Source: Dehalococcoidia bacterium (GTDB lineage Bacteria > Chloroflexota > Dehalococcoidia > Lucifugimonadales > JADFKI01). From it: 64,000 nucleotides of DNA. The translations under genes and the position numbers were made by a program. The notes under the pieces are model-generated. The model made no database searches and was not told the DNA's origin. It saw only the letters and a list, made by a program, of their open reading frames with translations. The stretch spans positions 227,577 through 291,576 of the forward strand of contig CBDESO010000008.1 of assembly GCA_965242555.1 (NCBI GenBank), in the 5' to 3' direction. Positions 1 through 9,036 of the stretch are shown piece after piece (within the stretch, counting starts at the first letter, position 1; each line of letters starts with the position of its first letter).

Positions 1-213
1 GTAATGCAGCAGATACGTCCCGTGATTAGACCCCGGCATAGGAACGCCATACTCCTCCGGTATCGCCCCCGGCGCATTTATCAGCCGCTCCAAATACGCC
101 GACCCGATGTCAAACAGCCGTTCCTGATCCGGCTGCTCATCCACCAGCCTAGACATATCCTCCACAAACTCCCCCAGCGCATACGTAAGCGCGCCCGCAG
201 TCATCGTAGCCAT
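1..213 (-). CDS. N-terminal part of a cupin / cysteine-dioxygenase-like (COG5553-type) protein; the 3' end lies outside the window
   Basis: Not in the ORF track because there is no stop in the window. Reverse-strand ATG at 213-211 is preceded by an AAGGGGGA RBS. Own translation: MATMTAGALTYALGEFVEDMSRLVDEQPDQERLFDIGSAYLERLINAPGAIPEEYGVPMPGSNHGTYLLHY. GC-rich third positions. The family call is from memory of similar N-termini. Confidence 0.4.
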   Translation of the reverse strand, partial: MATMTAGALTYALGEFVEDMSRLVDEQPDQERLFDIGSAYLERLINAPGAIPEEYGVPMPGSNHGTYLLHY

Positions 214-332
214 ATCCCAATCCCCCTTACTTCTTGATTGCCCCTGATTGCCCCTTGATTGCATTGCATATCGGCAACCTTGCGTTAAGCATAACGAACA
301 TCCCCGCATTAAACAAGCGCGGCGGCTACTCC

Positions 333-423
333 GGTAGCGTTTCCATTCAAGTGATCAAGTATATCTATCGTTGCAGATGGGAAGAACGCGAGAACGATAT
401 GGACACTTAAAAGGCGCGCTAGC
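333..423 (+). mobile_element. Shortened copy of the MITE-like hairpin-ended repeat (copy C)
   Basis: GGTAGCGTTTCCATTCAAGTGATCAAGTATATCTATCGTTGCAGATGG aligns with the first ~50 nt of the copies at 1691 and 22131. The end CACTTAAAAGGCGCGCTAGC is a degenerate complement of its own start. Confidence 0.5.
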
Positions 424-442
424 AATTGCTAACGCGCCTTTT
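409..442 (-). terminator. Intrinsic-terminator-like hairpin downstream of the 457-1601 operon
   Basis: AAAAGGCGCGCTAGC-AATT-GCTAACGCGCCTTTT pairs at 14 of 15 positions. On the minus transcript a GC-rich stem is followed by UUUU. It sits 15 nt after the stop at 457. Confidence 0.6.
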
Positions 443-456
443 ATTTGACTGAATCC

Positions 457-1128
457 CTAAAATATCAGTGACCCAGTCTGTCCCTTATTTTCCTTCGCCG
501 CCCGACGTCTCTCGGCTCGCGTTAAGTCTCTACGGGTATTAAGCCCCATATCTGGCCCGACAGGTATGTCGCCTGCGTACGTAATACGCTCAGCTCCACG
601 CTCGCCGCGATTTCGCTGATCTTGAATTATATGTGCGCCCATGAGCGCTTTATAAGCGCGTGCGCCTTCACGAGAGTGCACCACTATTTTGCCCGTTGCA
701 AGCGTTACCGACGCTTCCGAAAGCCCCCACCCTAACCGCTCTAGATCAAACAGTGCCGCCACGCCCGGATGCTTATCTATAGCGTCACTCTCTCCGCGAA
801 ACATAAGCTCAAGCATTTGGCAGTGATCACTCACAGTTCGCCGCACAGGGAGATTGAGTTTAGCCGCGCTTATTTTAGCTAAAGCCTCCATAGCCTTGTC
901 GCTTTCATACTCTAGTGCGACTAGCGTCTTTAGCCTGCTATTTTGAGGTAGTGAAACCTCTAGAATTGCAGGCTCATCACCAAAACCCTGCCTTTGCATA
1001 GCCTCAAGCTTCGGCATTATTTGCATAATAGGGTCCACGCTATCAAGCGCGCCTTCGCCACGCCGCGCTATCAGTTCATTCGCAGTTACCTTGAATGTCC
1101 CAGGCACTGCCACCAAATTAACGCCCAT
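457..1128 (-). CDS. Hypothetical protein, 223 aa, basic C-terminus, no recognisable domain
   Basis: ORF track 457..1194, trimmed to the ATG at 1128, which overlaps the upstream stop as TAATG (translational coupling). Visibly lower GC than neighbouring genes. Confidence 0.6.
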   Translation of the reverse strand: MGVNLVAVPGTFKVTANELIARRGEGALDSVDPIMQIMPKLEAMQRQGFGDEPAILEVSLPQNSRLKTLVALEYESDKAMEALAKISAAKLNLPVRRTVSDHCQMLELMFRGESDAIDKHPGVAALFDLERLGWGLSEASVTLATGKIVVHSREGARAYKALMGAHIIQDQRNRGERGAERITYAGDIPVGPDMGLNTRRDLTRAERRRAAKENKGQTGSLIF

Positions 1129-1601
1129 TAGGCGACCTCGCTTTCTCTGTATGCCAGAATCAGCCCAAACGTCATTAGGCTTTTTGTCAACCAAGCATCT
1201 TGGTTAGGGTCCGATATTGCGCGTTGTCTGTAGGATTCTATCAACCCCTCACGCGCCTCTATTATGCCGGAATGCAACTTTTCTGACGCCGCATTCCATG
1301 TCGCCGTTAACGCCTCATCGTCCGGCGCCCATGCCACGCCTATTATGTCTGCATCCTCATCAGTGTCAGGATCGCCTGTCCATGACTCGATGATCCTACC
1401 TGGAGCATTATGATGCCCTGCAAGAACCATATCTGCCAGTATAAGGGCAACTTGATAATGCGCTGGCATTACCAGGCTTATGGATGCTTGATATACCTTG
1501 TTTTCAGCCAGCCAATTCAGCGCAGCGCCTACTGTCAATTCCTTTTCGCCTACATACGCATCATTGGGAATTGCATCCATGGCCACTAGGGTATTCGTCA
1601 T
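1128..1601 (-). CDS. Hypothetical acidic protein, 157 aa, no recognisable domain
   Basis: ORF track. GAGGAG RBS 9 nt upstream of the ATG at 1601. Lower GC. First gene of a two-gene operon. Confidence 0.6.
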   Translation of the reverse strand: MTNTLVAMDAIPNDAYVGEKELTVGAALNWLAENKVYQASISLVMPAHYQVALILADMVLAGHHNAPGRIIESWTGDPDTDEDADIIGVAWAPDDEALTATWNAASEKLHSGIIEAREGLIESYRQRAISDPNQDAWLTKSLMTFGLILAYRESEVA

Positions 1602-1642
1602 CAGTAGCTTTTCTCCTCGCGTAAAGCCGCATCGTTGAGATC

Positions 1643-1671
1643 ATTTTACCATGACAAAGCGCGAACAGCAA
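1643..1671 (-). promoter_or_regulatory. Candidate sigma70-type promoter for the two-gene cassette
   Basis: Minus strand reads TTGCTG, a 17-nt spacer, then TAAAAT with a TGG extended -10, about 40 nt upstream of the ATG at 1601. Confidence 0.4.
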
Positions 1672-1690
1672 TAGCATTATCCAAGCGAGA

Positions 1691-1825
1691 GATAGCGTTT
1701 CCATTTAGATGGTTGAGAATATCTAACCGATGCAAATAGTTGGACGGCATTGCCGTAGTCATCTGCTTTATCGGTTGTAGAGAGACTTGGCAAACTCTCA
1801 AAACCATCTAAAAAGAAACCTTACC
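1691..1825 (+). mobile_element. MITE-like hairpin-ended repeat (copy A, full length)
   Basis: About 135 bp, alignable along its full length with 22131-22264 (clearly related by eye; identity not computed). Ends GATAGCGTTTCCATTTAGATGG and CCATCTAAAAAGAAACCTTACC are self-complementary (17/22). Confidence 0.6.
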
Positions 1826-1840
1826 GGCCGCAGCCCCCCA

Positions 1841-4800
1841 TCACTCCGACCCCACCCGATATATCGCCGTAACCCCATTGTCAAACACCTTATCCAACCG
1901 CCCCCTCATCCCATCCTCAAACTTATCCAACCCCGCCCCCGGAAAATACAGCCGCTCCAGCTGCCCCACATACACATACTCCACCCCATACTCCCGCATC
2001 AGCCCAAGCGCCTCCCCCGCGTCCGTCGTCCGATACATAGTTCGCACATCCTCGATCCGCCGCACAACCTCATCCCGCTGCTCAAACCTCTGCTGCTGCT
2101 GATGCCACTCCCACCCCACCACGCTCGGCATACCCGTATAGATTGACACGCGCCCGCCCCACCGATACGTCGGCGTCGACGCCTCCAGCACAACCGGCGA
2201 TCCCTCCACATTGCCCTTCAGCCACAAGATCCCCTCATAATCCGCCGCCAGGTCAACCAACCCATTCTCATCCCTATACTCAGCCTCCGCGATAAACGCT
2301 GTCCCGTCCAGCGTCAGCGGCGTAACATTCCCCTCAAACCTATCCCGCAGCCTATCCCTCGTCCCCATCACGGGATATATCGCCGCGCATATCACAAGCG
2401 CAATCAGCGCCCCCGTCCACAACTCCCGCGCCATACCGATGCGCGTCAGCCACGTCCGCTCCGAATTAACCAGCCGCCACAGCAAATACGCCGACGACAG
2501 CCCCAGCAAAACCCACGCTTGCAAGTAAAACTTGAACACGCTGTTAAGCCTGTCTATATCCCCCTCCACGCGCCAAAAATCCAGCCCGACCACCAGCCCC
2601 AGCGCCGCCAGCCCCAGTATCGCCGCGAACCCAACCTGCGCCGCGTCAGCCACATCCGCCCACGCCAGCCGAGCCGCCGCCGCCAACAGCAGCGCGAATA
2701 GCGCAACAGCAAACGGAACCGTGCTGCCCACAACCCCGCTAAACGCCGCCGTCAGCCCAAAGCCCAGCAGCAGCGCGCACGCCAGCGCCCCCACAACCCA
2801 ACGCACGCTAACGCCGCCGCCTTGCTCCCCCCTAAGCGCCCCTCTCAGCCCCTCGAACTTGCGCCGTAGCGCCATCCAGCCCGCCCGCCCGTCATCAGCC
2901 AGCCCATTCACCGCAAACGTCCCCACGATGAATACCGCCAAGCCCGATATGGCGAGAAACTGCCACAAAACCGTCGTGTTCGTAGTAGCCTGCAGACTGC
3001 TATAATACGTTTCGTAAGCCAAATGATACGGCAGAAACGCCCCATATCCCACCGCCCCCGCGAACAGCGTCTTCACGCCCGCCCGCGCAAATACCGCCAG
3101 CCCAAACCCGCCCTGCGCCAGATACTCCGCCAGCAAAATCGCCGCCGCGCTCACCGCCAGATACGTCGGCAAATCCCACACATTCAACGGAATCAGCGCC
3201 CCAAGCGTAACCCCCAGCGCCACAAGCCGCCCAATCCCGACAACCCTGCCATCCGCCCTGCCGCCTTGCCGCCTTGCCGCAACCACAATCGCCAGCGCCA
3301 ACCCCACCGCCAGCAGCGTGAACGGCAGCGCTATCAAATGCGCGTGCAAATCCGCGAACAAAAACGTAAAGAACGGAAACTCCGTAATCTCAAACCCCGG
3401 CGGATCCGGCGGCATCATCCGGCTGCTGCGCCAAAAATCAAACTCCCCCGGCGCCTGACCCGCAAGCCACTGCCCAAGACTCTTGCCCACCTGTATCGCC
3501 CCGTCCATATTCCCCAACACAGCCACAAACGCCGCGCCTGCCAACCCAGCCACAGCCGGCGTAAATCGCGCATACCGCCCATACCGCCTAAAATCCCACA
3601 CAGACCCGCCATTGCCCGCCCCAGCGCCGCCGCCAGCCGCATCCAACCGCAGATCGCCCGCCTTTGCCGCAACCCCATCAGCGCCCTCGCCGTAAGCCGC
3701 CCGTGCCCGCCGCGCGCTTTCAGTCATGTTATACACAACCGAATACGCCCCCCCAATCGTGAGCGCAAAGAAAGTAGGCACCGCCAGATTGACCGCAATC
3801 GCCGGATCTACCCCCGTAACCCGGATCAGCATCGCCGTCAAAAATTGCCCCCAATAGTAGTAATTAAGATACCCCCCCGCGAACCACGGATCATACGGCG
3901 GCATCACGCTAGACCGCAACACCGCGTTCAAATACGCGAAATCCATCGGCTTTTCCCCGCCCCGAAACGGATGCCACAAATCCGGATTAGCCATCCGAAC
4001 CACCATAAAAACCAAGAACGCCCCCAAAAACAGCGCCTCAGCCGCCAGCAGAACCCGCCACCGCCGCCTAACAAAGCCCACCATATCCCGCCAATACGCC
4101 CCCAACGCCCCCAAAGACGCCAGCGCAACCACACCCATCCCCATCGCTATCCCTCCCCGCGAAAATTCCACCCACTGCAAGCTCGCCAACAGCCACGCAA
4201 CCAACCCAACCACCAAAACCCCCAGCGTCTTAGCGAACACATACCCCCTATCCGGCAGCCCCCGAAACAGCGCCAACGTCAGCGGCAGCGCCAACAGCCC
4301 CACCACCTCCACAACCCCCAGCCACCCCAGCGCCGGCGCCCGGCTCAACCACCCCGGCCTAACAATCTCGCTCCAAGTCCCCCCATCCCGTTGCCGCGCC
4401 AAATCCCCATCCGAATACACCGGCCCCATCCCTGTCTCAACCGCATCCGGCGCGCCCGCATTGCCCCCATCCGGCGCTCCCCCCCTTGCCACCCTACTCC
4501 CCCCATCAATCCGCAGCTGAATCTGCGATATATCCAACCGCCCCTCATTCCGAAATATCATCACCTTCGGATGGTCATACACCGAAAAACTCTCGTCGGC
4601 ATACCCCAAATCCAACGTCAGCGCCCCCTCATCTTCATTCCCACGCGCCCCCGCCAACATCGGCTCCGGCAAACCCGGCCGCCCAAAAGTATCATCCACA
4701 AACCGCACGCCCAGCAACTCAGGATACGCCGTCTCCACCCTCACAAGCGTATAGCCCAGCTCCCCCGAAAACAGCGCCCGGTAATACCGCCCCGTAATCG

Positions 4801-6493
4801 GATACCGCTCCGGCAAGCGCGGTATCGTCCCATACAAGCGGTTGCTGAAAAAGATCAGATAATCCGCCCGCGACAACGTATGCGCCACCTCCGTCGTCTT
4901 CCCAAACCCGTCATCCTCATACAGCCGCAGCTCTTCGTGTACGAATGTATGATTAAGCGCCGGCAGCGACTCCTCCCAATGCTCCTTCACCACATTCGCC
5001 CCATCCGCCGCGCTCCCGTTCAGCCACTCCGCCGCCCGAACCGCCGTATGCGTCCCCCCATACACCCCGTTCACATACGCCAGCCCATAAAACCCAGTAG
5101 CAACCACCACAACCCCAATCGCAACCCCCGCCGCCACCCGCAACCCCCGCCTGCGCTCAGCCCCGGCATCCCACATATCAAACAGCATCCGCGCCCCAAA
5201 CAGCGCCAGCAGCGGCGCTATCGGCAACAAATACCGCATAAACTTCACATGAAACGCCCCCGTTATCAAAAAGAACGGCGCAACCCAGCACAACAGCAAC
5301 ACAACCGGCCGCGTCTTCTCATCCCGTACCGGCAGCGTAGCCACCAGCGCCGCCAGCGCCACCCCCGCCGCCAATCCCACCGCCACGATGCTCTGCGAAA
5401 CCAGCAGTATCCCCGCCGGCGCCGCCCATCCAACCGCCACATACGCCAGTCCCGCCCCTATCGGCATCCCCCGCAGCGACACATACAGCAGCCCGCCCCA
5501 AGCCGCTATCCCCAGCGGCGCGCCATACCCCCACAAGCCCAACTGCCGTATGTGATACCAGTACGGCGCCGTATCCGCGTACTGCCGCGTGTACGGATAA
5601 TCCCGTATCCCCCGCAGCAGCTCCGACTGCTCGCTCACATGCCTGATAAATGTATCCCAATCCAAAAACGCATATGGCTGAGCTGCCACAAACGTCGCAA
5701 CCCCCACGCCAACACCCACGCCGCCCGCCCGCACCATCACTCTCATCCGCTCCCTGAACGTCCCCTCAGCGGCCCTCCCGCTCATTCCCACCAAAAACAT
5801 CACATGCGCCACCGCAAACGGCGCCACAATCGGCAGCTGACTAGCCTTAGTCGCAATCCCAAGCGCCACCAGCGCCCCCGCCAGCGCCGAATCCCGCGCC
5901 TTGCCCTCGCGCGCCACCCTCAGCATAAAGTACAGCGCCGCGATAGCCAGCAGCGCCTGCAGCGTATCCACCGCGAAGAAATGGCTAAGCTGAATATGAA
6001 CCACCGCCAGCGCCGTCAGCCCCGCCGCCAGCAGCCCCGTCCGCCGGTCAAACGCCAGCGCCCCTATCCCAAACGCCGCCACGATAGTCCCCACATCCGC
6101 CAGCGCCGACACCGCCCGCGCCAAAACCCGAATGTCAGCCCCATCCCCCATCAGCGGCCCACTGACACCCTCCACCGCCCACAGCAGATACAGCGGAAAA
6201 CTGCCATAGTTAAACCAACGCGGATTCCACCCGCTACTCTCAGCGTCAAAAAACTCCCACGGCGCCGCCAACGAAATCCGCTGAACATGATCCAATATAG
6301 CCCGCTCATCCGGATGCGGCGAATGCCCAAACCCGGCATCCCACCCCAGCCCATACAGCCGCAATCCCGCCCCCGCAACCACAATCAGCGCCAACAAGAC
6401 CTGCCAAGCCGCCACACGACGCGCGAATCCCCCAACTGCGTTAGAGGATGCCAACGGCTCGGATGAGGGAGAATTATTCTGATTAGCGTCCAT
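1841..6493 (-). CDS. Giant polytopic membrane protein with a DUF2298 / Chlor_Arch_YYY domain and an N-terminal GT39/ArnT-like glycosyltransferase-like module
   Basis: 1550-aa ORF with many hydrophobic segments. Motif GEKPMDFAYLNAVLRSSVMPPYDPWFAGGYLNYYYWGQF (YYY signature). N-terminal LRLYGLGWDAGFGHSPHPDERAI. Confidence 0.85.
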   Translation of the reverse strand: MDANQNNSPSSEPLASSNAVGGFARRVAAWQVLLALIVVAGAGLRLYGLGWDAGFGHSPHPDERAILDHVQRISLAAPWEFFDAESSGWNPRWFNYGSFPLYLLWAVEGVSGPLMGDGADIRVLARAVSALADVGTIVAAFGIGALAFDRRTGLLAAGLTALAVVHIQLSHFFAVDTLQALLAIAALYFMLRVAREGKARDSALAGALVALGIATKASQLPIVAPFAVAHVMFLVGMSGRAAEGTFRERMRVMVRAGGVGVGVGVATFVAAQPYAFLDWDTFIRHVSEQSELLRGIRDYPYTRQYADTAPYWYHIRQLGLWGYGAPLGIAAWGGLLYVSLRGMPIGAGLAYVAVGWAAPAGILLVSQSIVAVGLAAGVALAALVATLPVRDEKTRPVVLLLCWVAPFFLITGAFHVKFMRYLLPIAPLLALFGARMLFDMWDAGAERRRGLRVAAGVAIGVVVVATGFYGLAYVNGVYGGTHTAVRAAEWLNGSAADGANVVKEHWEESLPALNHTFVHEELRLYEDDGFGKTTEVAHTLSRADYLIFFSNRLYGTIPRLPERYPITGRYYRALFSGELGYTLVRVETAYPELLGVRFVDDTFGRPGLPEPMLAGARGNEDEGALTLDLGYADESFSVYDHPKVMIFRNEGRLDISQIQLRIDGGSRVARGGAPDGGNAGAPDAVETGMGPVYSDGDLARQRDGGTWSEIVRPGWLSRAPALGWLGVVEVVGLLALPLTLALFRGLPDRGYVFAKTLGVLVVGLVAWLLASLQWVEFSRGGIAMGMGVVALASLGALGAYWRDMVGFVRRRWRVLLAAEALFLGAFLVFMVVRMANPDLWHPFRGGEKPMDFAYLNAVLRSSVMPPYDPWFAGGYLNYYYWGQFLTAMLIRVTGVDPAIAVNLAVPTFFALTIGGAYSVVYNMTESARRARAAYGEGADGVAAKAGDLRLDAAGGGAGAGNGGSVWDFRRYGRYARFTPAVAGLAGAAFVAVLGNMDGAIQVGKSLGQWLAGQAPGEFDFWRSSRMMPPDPPGFEITEFPFFTFLFADLHAHLIALPFTLLAVGLALAIVVAARRQGGRADGRVVGIGRLVALGVTLGALIPLNVWDLPTYLAVSAAAILLAEYLAQGGFGLAVFARAGVKTLFAGAVGYGAFLPYHLAYETYYSSLQATTNTTVLWQFLAISGLAVFIVGTFAVNGLADDGRAGWMALRRKFEGLRGALRGEQGGGVSVRWVVGALACALLLGFGLTAAFSGVVGSTVPFAVALFALLLAAAARLAWADVADAAQVGFAAILGLAALGLVVGLDFWRVEGDIDRLNSVFKFYLQAWVLLGLSSAYLLWRLVNSERTWLTRIGMARELWTGALIALVICAAIYPVMGTRDRLRDRFEGNVTPLTLDGTAFIAEAEYRDENGLVDLAADYEGILWLKGNVEGSPVVLEASTPTYRWGGRVSIYTGMPSVVGWEWHQQQQRFEQRDEVVRRIEDVRTMYRTTDAGEALGLMREYGVEYVYVGQLERLYFPGAGLDKFEDGMRGRLDKVFDNGVTAIYRVGSE

Positions 6494-6766
6494 ATAATCG
6501 GTTTGCGAACAGACGGCGAACCCGTCCTACCCTAACTTTCATTACCCGCGCCCATCTATCATACCGGCAACGCGCCAATAACCGCCGCGAAACAAATTCT
6601 AACCCTTGCAATGATAAGCCCGCAACCACAATCCAACGCGCCCGCTATCCAAGCCCACTTGAAACGCCGCCAATCATCGCCTACCCACAAACCCGGCCGG
6701 CCCCCGGACACGCCCTCGCCTCCGAAAGCCGGCCGCCCTCGCGCCTATCGCGCTTGCATATCCCGC

Positions 6767-7774
6767 CTACAGCACATGATACAGCAGCAGATGCTCCCGC
6801 AGCACATCATTGGCGAAATCATTCTCCTCATCCCGCAGAACCGAGTGAATGTGATTCGCCTCATTCTGGCGATTGTCATACTCCACCACGAAGTTCCCCC
6901 CGTGGATCCGGTAGTAATGCTTGGTATCATTCTCCAAGCCGCCGCCCCACGCGAAGTAGAAGTCGTCCAACCCCTGCTCCCGTATCGCGCTCAGCTTGTC
7001 CTGCGCCACGTCATCCCGTATCGTGGTAACGTACTCATTGATGATAGCCATCATCATCTCCCGCTGCGTCCCCGTCATCTGCGACCCCGGCAACCCCTCT
7101 TCCTGCGGAAACACCGCCCGCGAGGAATTGTACGTCAGTATGTCATACGGCGCTTCCGGATAGATAATCGCCCGCCGCTGCTGCTCCGAGCTCAGCCCGT
7201 TCACCAGCTCCAGCGCCAAATCCTGCCTATCCCCCAGGATCCGCAGCCCCTGCTCCGGCCCCTGCCGCACCTCAGCCGGGTTCGCCCCAAAGAAGAACGG
7301 CGTCGCCGAAATCACCTTATCCCCCCACACGCTATAGTGCAGCGAAACATGATGCCCCTCCACGCGCCAAGCCCACGGCTCCTCGCCCCCCGGCTCACCG
7401 AACACCGTAAAGTAATACAGCTCCGGATCCCGCCTGAAAGACACCACCCCCGCATCCTTCTCGATCTTGCCCAGTATCGTCTCGTGGTCAATAATCTTGA
7501 CCGCCTGCTGATACGCGCGCGGCGTCAGCCCGCTCTCCATAATCCCATACGCCAGCCTGCGCTGCCCCTCGTCCATATCCCGCAGCGCCAACCCGTGCCG
7601 GTTCAGCGGCGGATAGTACCAGAACACCCGCTCCCCGTCCATATACTCATACGTCGCCTTATCTCGCTGTTGGCCCGACAGGCTGCCCAGCCAAGCCGCC
7701 GCCGCCCTCCCCATATCCCCCACCGCCGCCGCATGCCCATGCCCATTGCCCCCCTGATGATGCCCATTCCCCAT
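6767..7774 (-). CDS. DUF3500 domain protein with a His/Gly-rich N-terminus
   Basis: Motifs WRVEGHHVSLHYS and YYRIHGGNFVVEYDNRQNEANHIHSVLRD. Start trimmed to the ATG at 7774 (MGNGHHQGG) behind a GGAAAGGAG RBS. Confidence 0.8.
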   Translation of the reverse strand: MGNGHHQGGNGHGHAAAVGDMGRAAAAWLGSLSGQQRDKATYEYMDGERVFWYYPPLNRHGLALRDMDEGQRRLAYGIMESGLTPRAYQQAVKIIDHETILGKIEKDAGVVSFRRDPELYYFTVFGEPGGEEPWAWRVEGHHVSLHYSVWGDKVISATPFFFGANPAEVRQGPEQGLRILGDRQDLALELVNGLSSEQQRRAIIYPEAPYDILTYNSSRAVFPQEEGLPGSQMTGTQREMMMAIINEYVTTIRDDVAQDKLSAIREQGLDDFYFAWGGGLENDTKHYYRIHGGNFVVEYDNRQNEANHIHSVLRDEENDFANDVLREHLLLYHVL

Positions 7775-7900
7775 TGCCACTACTCCTTTCCAATCGCTTA
7801 TCGCTACTCCCTGATGATTGCCACCCATCTTTCGCAACGCCTTTCACAACCCAAGTATATCACCTACAAACAATTCGCACACACCCACCCCCGCCTGGCA

Positions 7901-8362
7901 TCACTGCGCCCTAACCTTCTCGACCACCTCCACCAGCCGATACCCCCACGCCGACGCATCCGCCGGCGGCGGCCCGCCATCCCACGGATCATACCGCTCC
8001 ATCCGAACCCGATACCGAAACCCCGCCTCATGCTCAAACCCCTCTATCTCATCATAAAACAACCCCCCATCCACCACCATACACCGCATCGGCGCAACCC
8101 CCACGCAATCCACCAACTCAGCCTCAATAACCACCTCCACCACACACTCCAAATCCGACTCACTCGCGCATACCCGCATCCGCCCCACTGCCGTCGCCGT
8201 CGGCTCTGAAACGGCCGTCGTCGTAGTTGACGTTGCTATGGGAACGGCCGTCGCCACCACCGTCGCCTCAGGCGCTACCGTAGCCACCACCCCCGCATCG
8301 CTCCCACACGCGACAGCGCCAACCAAAGCAACCGCCCCCATCACAATCATAACCCTACGCAT
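7901..8362 (-). CDS. Lipoprotein with a DUF4377-like C-terminal domain
   Basis: Signal peptide and lipobox (MGAVALVGAVAC). C-terminal FYDEIEGFEHEAGFRYRVRMERY...PPADASAWGYRLVEVV resembles DUF4377 as I remember it. Confidence 0.55.
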   Translation of the reverse strand: MRRVMIVMGAVALVGAVACGSDAGVVATVAPEATVVATAVPIATSTTTTAVSEPTATAVGRMRVCASESDLECVVEVVIEAELVDCVGVAPMRCMVVDGGLFYDEIEGFEHEAGFRYRVRMERYDPWDGGPPPADASAWGYRLVEVVEKVRAQ

Positions 8363-8427
8363 ACCCGCTATCCCCCAATGTGAGCGTCGTCCGAACTACC
8401 TACCCGACGCCCCTATTAACTTAACGC

Positions 8428-8706
8428 CTAAGCCCGCTCTACCACCACGCCGCCCACCTCCGCAACCCGCCGCTCATACGTCGCCTGCAAATTCAGCCAA
8501 AACTGCGCCGTAGTCCCAAAGTACCCCGACAACCCCAGCGCAATCTCTTCATTAACCCCCTCTCGCTCACCCAAAATCCCAGCGATCCGCCCAGGCGAAA
8601 CGCCCATAGCGTCAGCCAAATCCCCGACTGACAAGCCAAGATATTCCAGCTCCTGCCCCAATATCTCGCCCGGATGCACAGGCCGCATCTTATTACGCGC
8701 ACTCAT
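8428..8706 (-). CDS. higA: HigA-family antitoxin (XRE HTH)
   Basis: PVHPGEILGQELEYLGLSVGDLADAMGVSPGRIAGIL...FWLNLQATYE. Lies directly downstream of higB. Confidence 0.85.
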   Translation of the reverse strand: MSARNKMRPVHPGEILGQELEYLGLSVGDLADAMGVSPGRIAGILGEREGVNEEIALGLSGYFGTTAQFWLNLQATYERRVAEVGGVVVERA

Positions 8707-8721
8707 TTGTCAAGCCCCTCG

Positions 8722-9000
8722 CTAGTGGTAGTCCACGATTTCTACGTCATAAGGCCCATCATCGCCCCAGCGAAAGCAAATGCGCCACTGACGGTTTATT
8801 CGTATGCTATACTGCCCTGCCCGCCTGCCGGACAACGCCTCCAGCCTATTGCTGGGCAGAGCAGACAAATCTTGCAGGGTTTCGGCATCGTCCAGAATAA
8901 CCAATCGGCGTATCGCTTGATTGGCGAAACTCTGATATTCGCGGACTGCCATCCCCTCAAGCAGGCGCTCGGTCTGCCTATCCCTAAACCCTTGTATCAT
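8722..9000 (-). CDS. higB: HigB-family toxin (RelE/ParE superfamily, plasmid maintenance killer)
   Basis: 92 aa ending QYSIRINRQWRICFRWGDDGPYDVEIVDYH. Toxin-first order, typical of HigBA. Confidence 0.85.
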   Translation of the reverse strand: MIQGFRDRQTERLLEGMAVREYQSFANQAIRRLVILDDAETLQDLSALPSNRLEALSGRRAGQYSIRINRQWRICFRWGDDGPYDVEIVDYH

Positions 9001-9036
9001 TATAGCGGCTTGCTGGCTTGGCGCGTAACTTTCGCG

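Noticed and set aside
4-237. 77-aa plus-strand ORF at the window start
   Set aside because: The translation is Arg/Pro-rich. The opposite strand encodes a convincing N-terminus with an RBS (cupin-like, 1-213), so the minus-strand reading is preferred.
240-332. Short tandem TTGATTGCCCC-like repeats upstream of the cupin gene
   Set aside because: There are only about three degenerate 10-11-nt units in a promoter-proximal region. This is too little signal to call a feature.
457-1194. Longer 245-aa reading of the second cassette gene, or a frameshift joining it to 1128..1601
   Set aside because: The TAATG stop/start overlap at 1126-1130 is a standard coupling arrangement. I saw no slippery sequence. 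I cannot fully exclude a frameshifted single gene without homologues.
3023-6466. 1147-aa plus-strand ORF, the longest plus-strand ORF in this region
   Set aside because: It is antisense to the 1550-aa YYY membrane protein gene. The translation is Arg/Pro/Gln/His-rich low complexity with no motifs, which is a typical shadow ORF of high-GC DNA.
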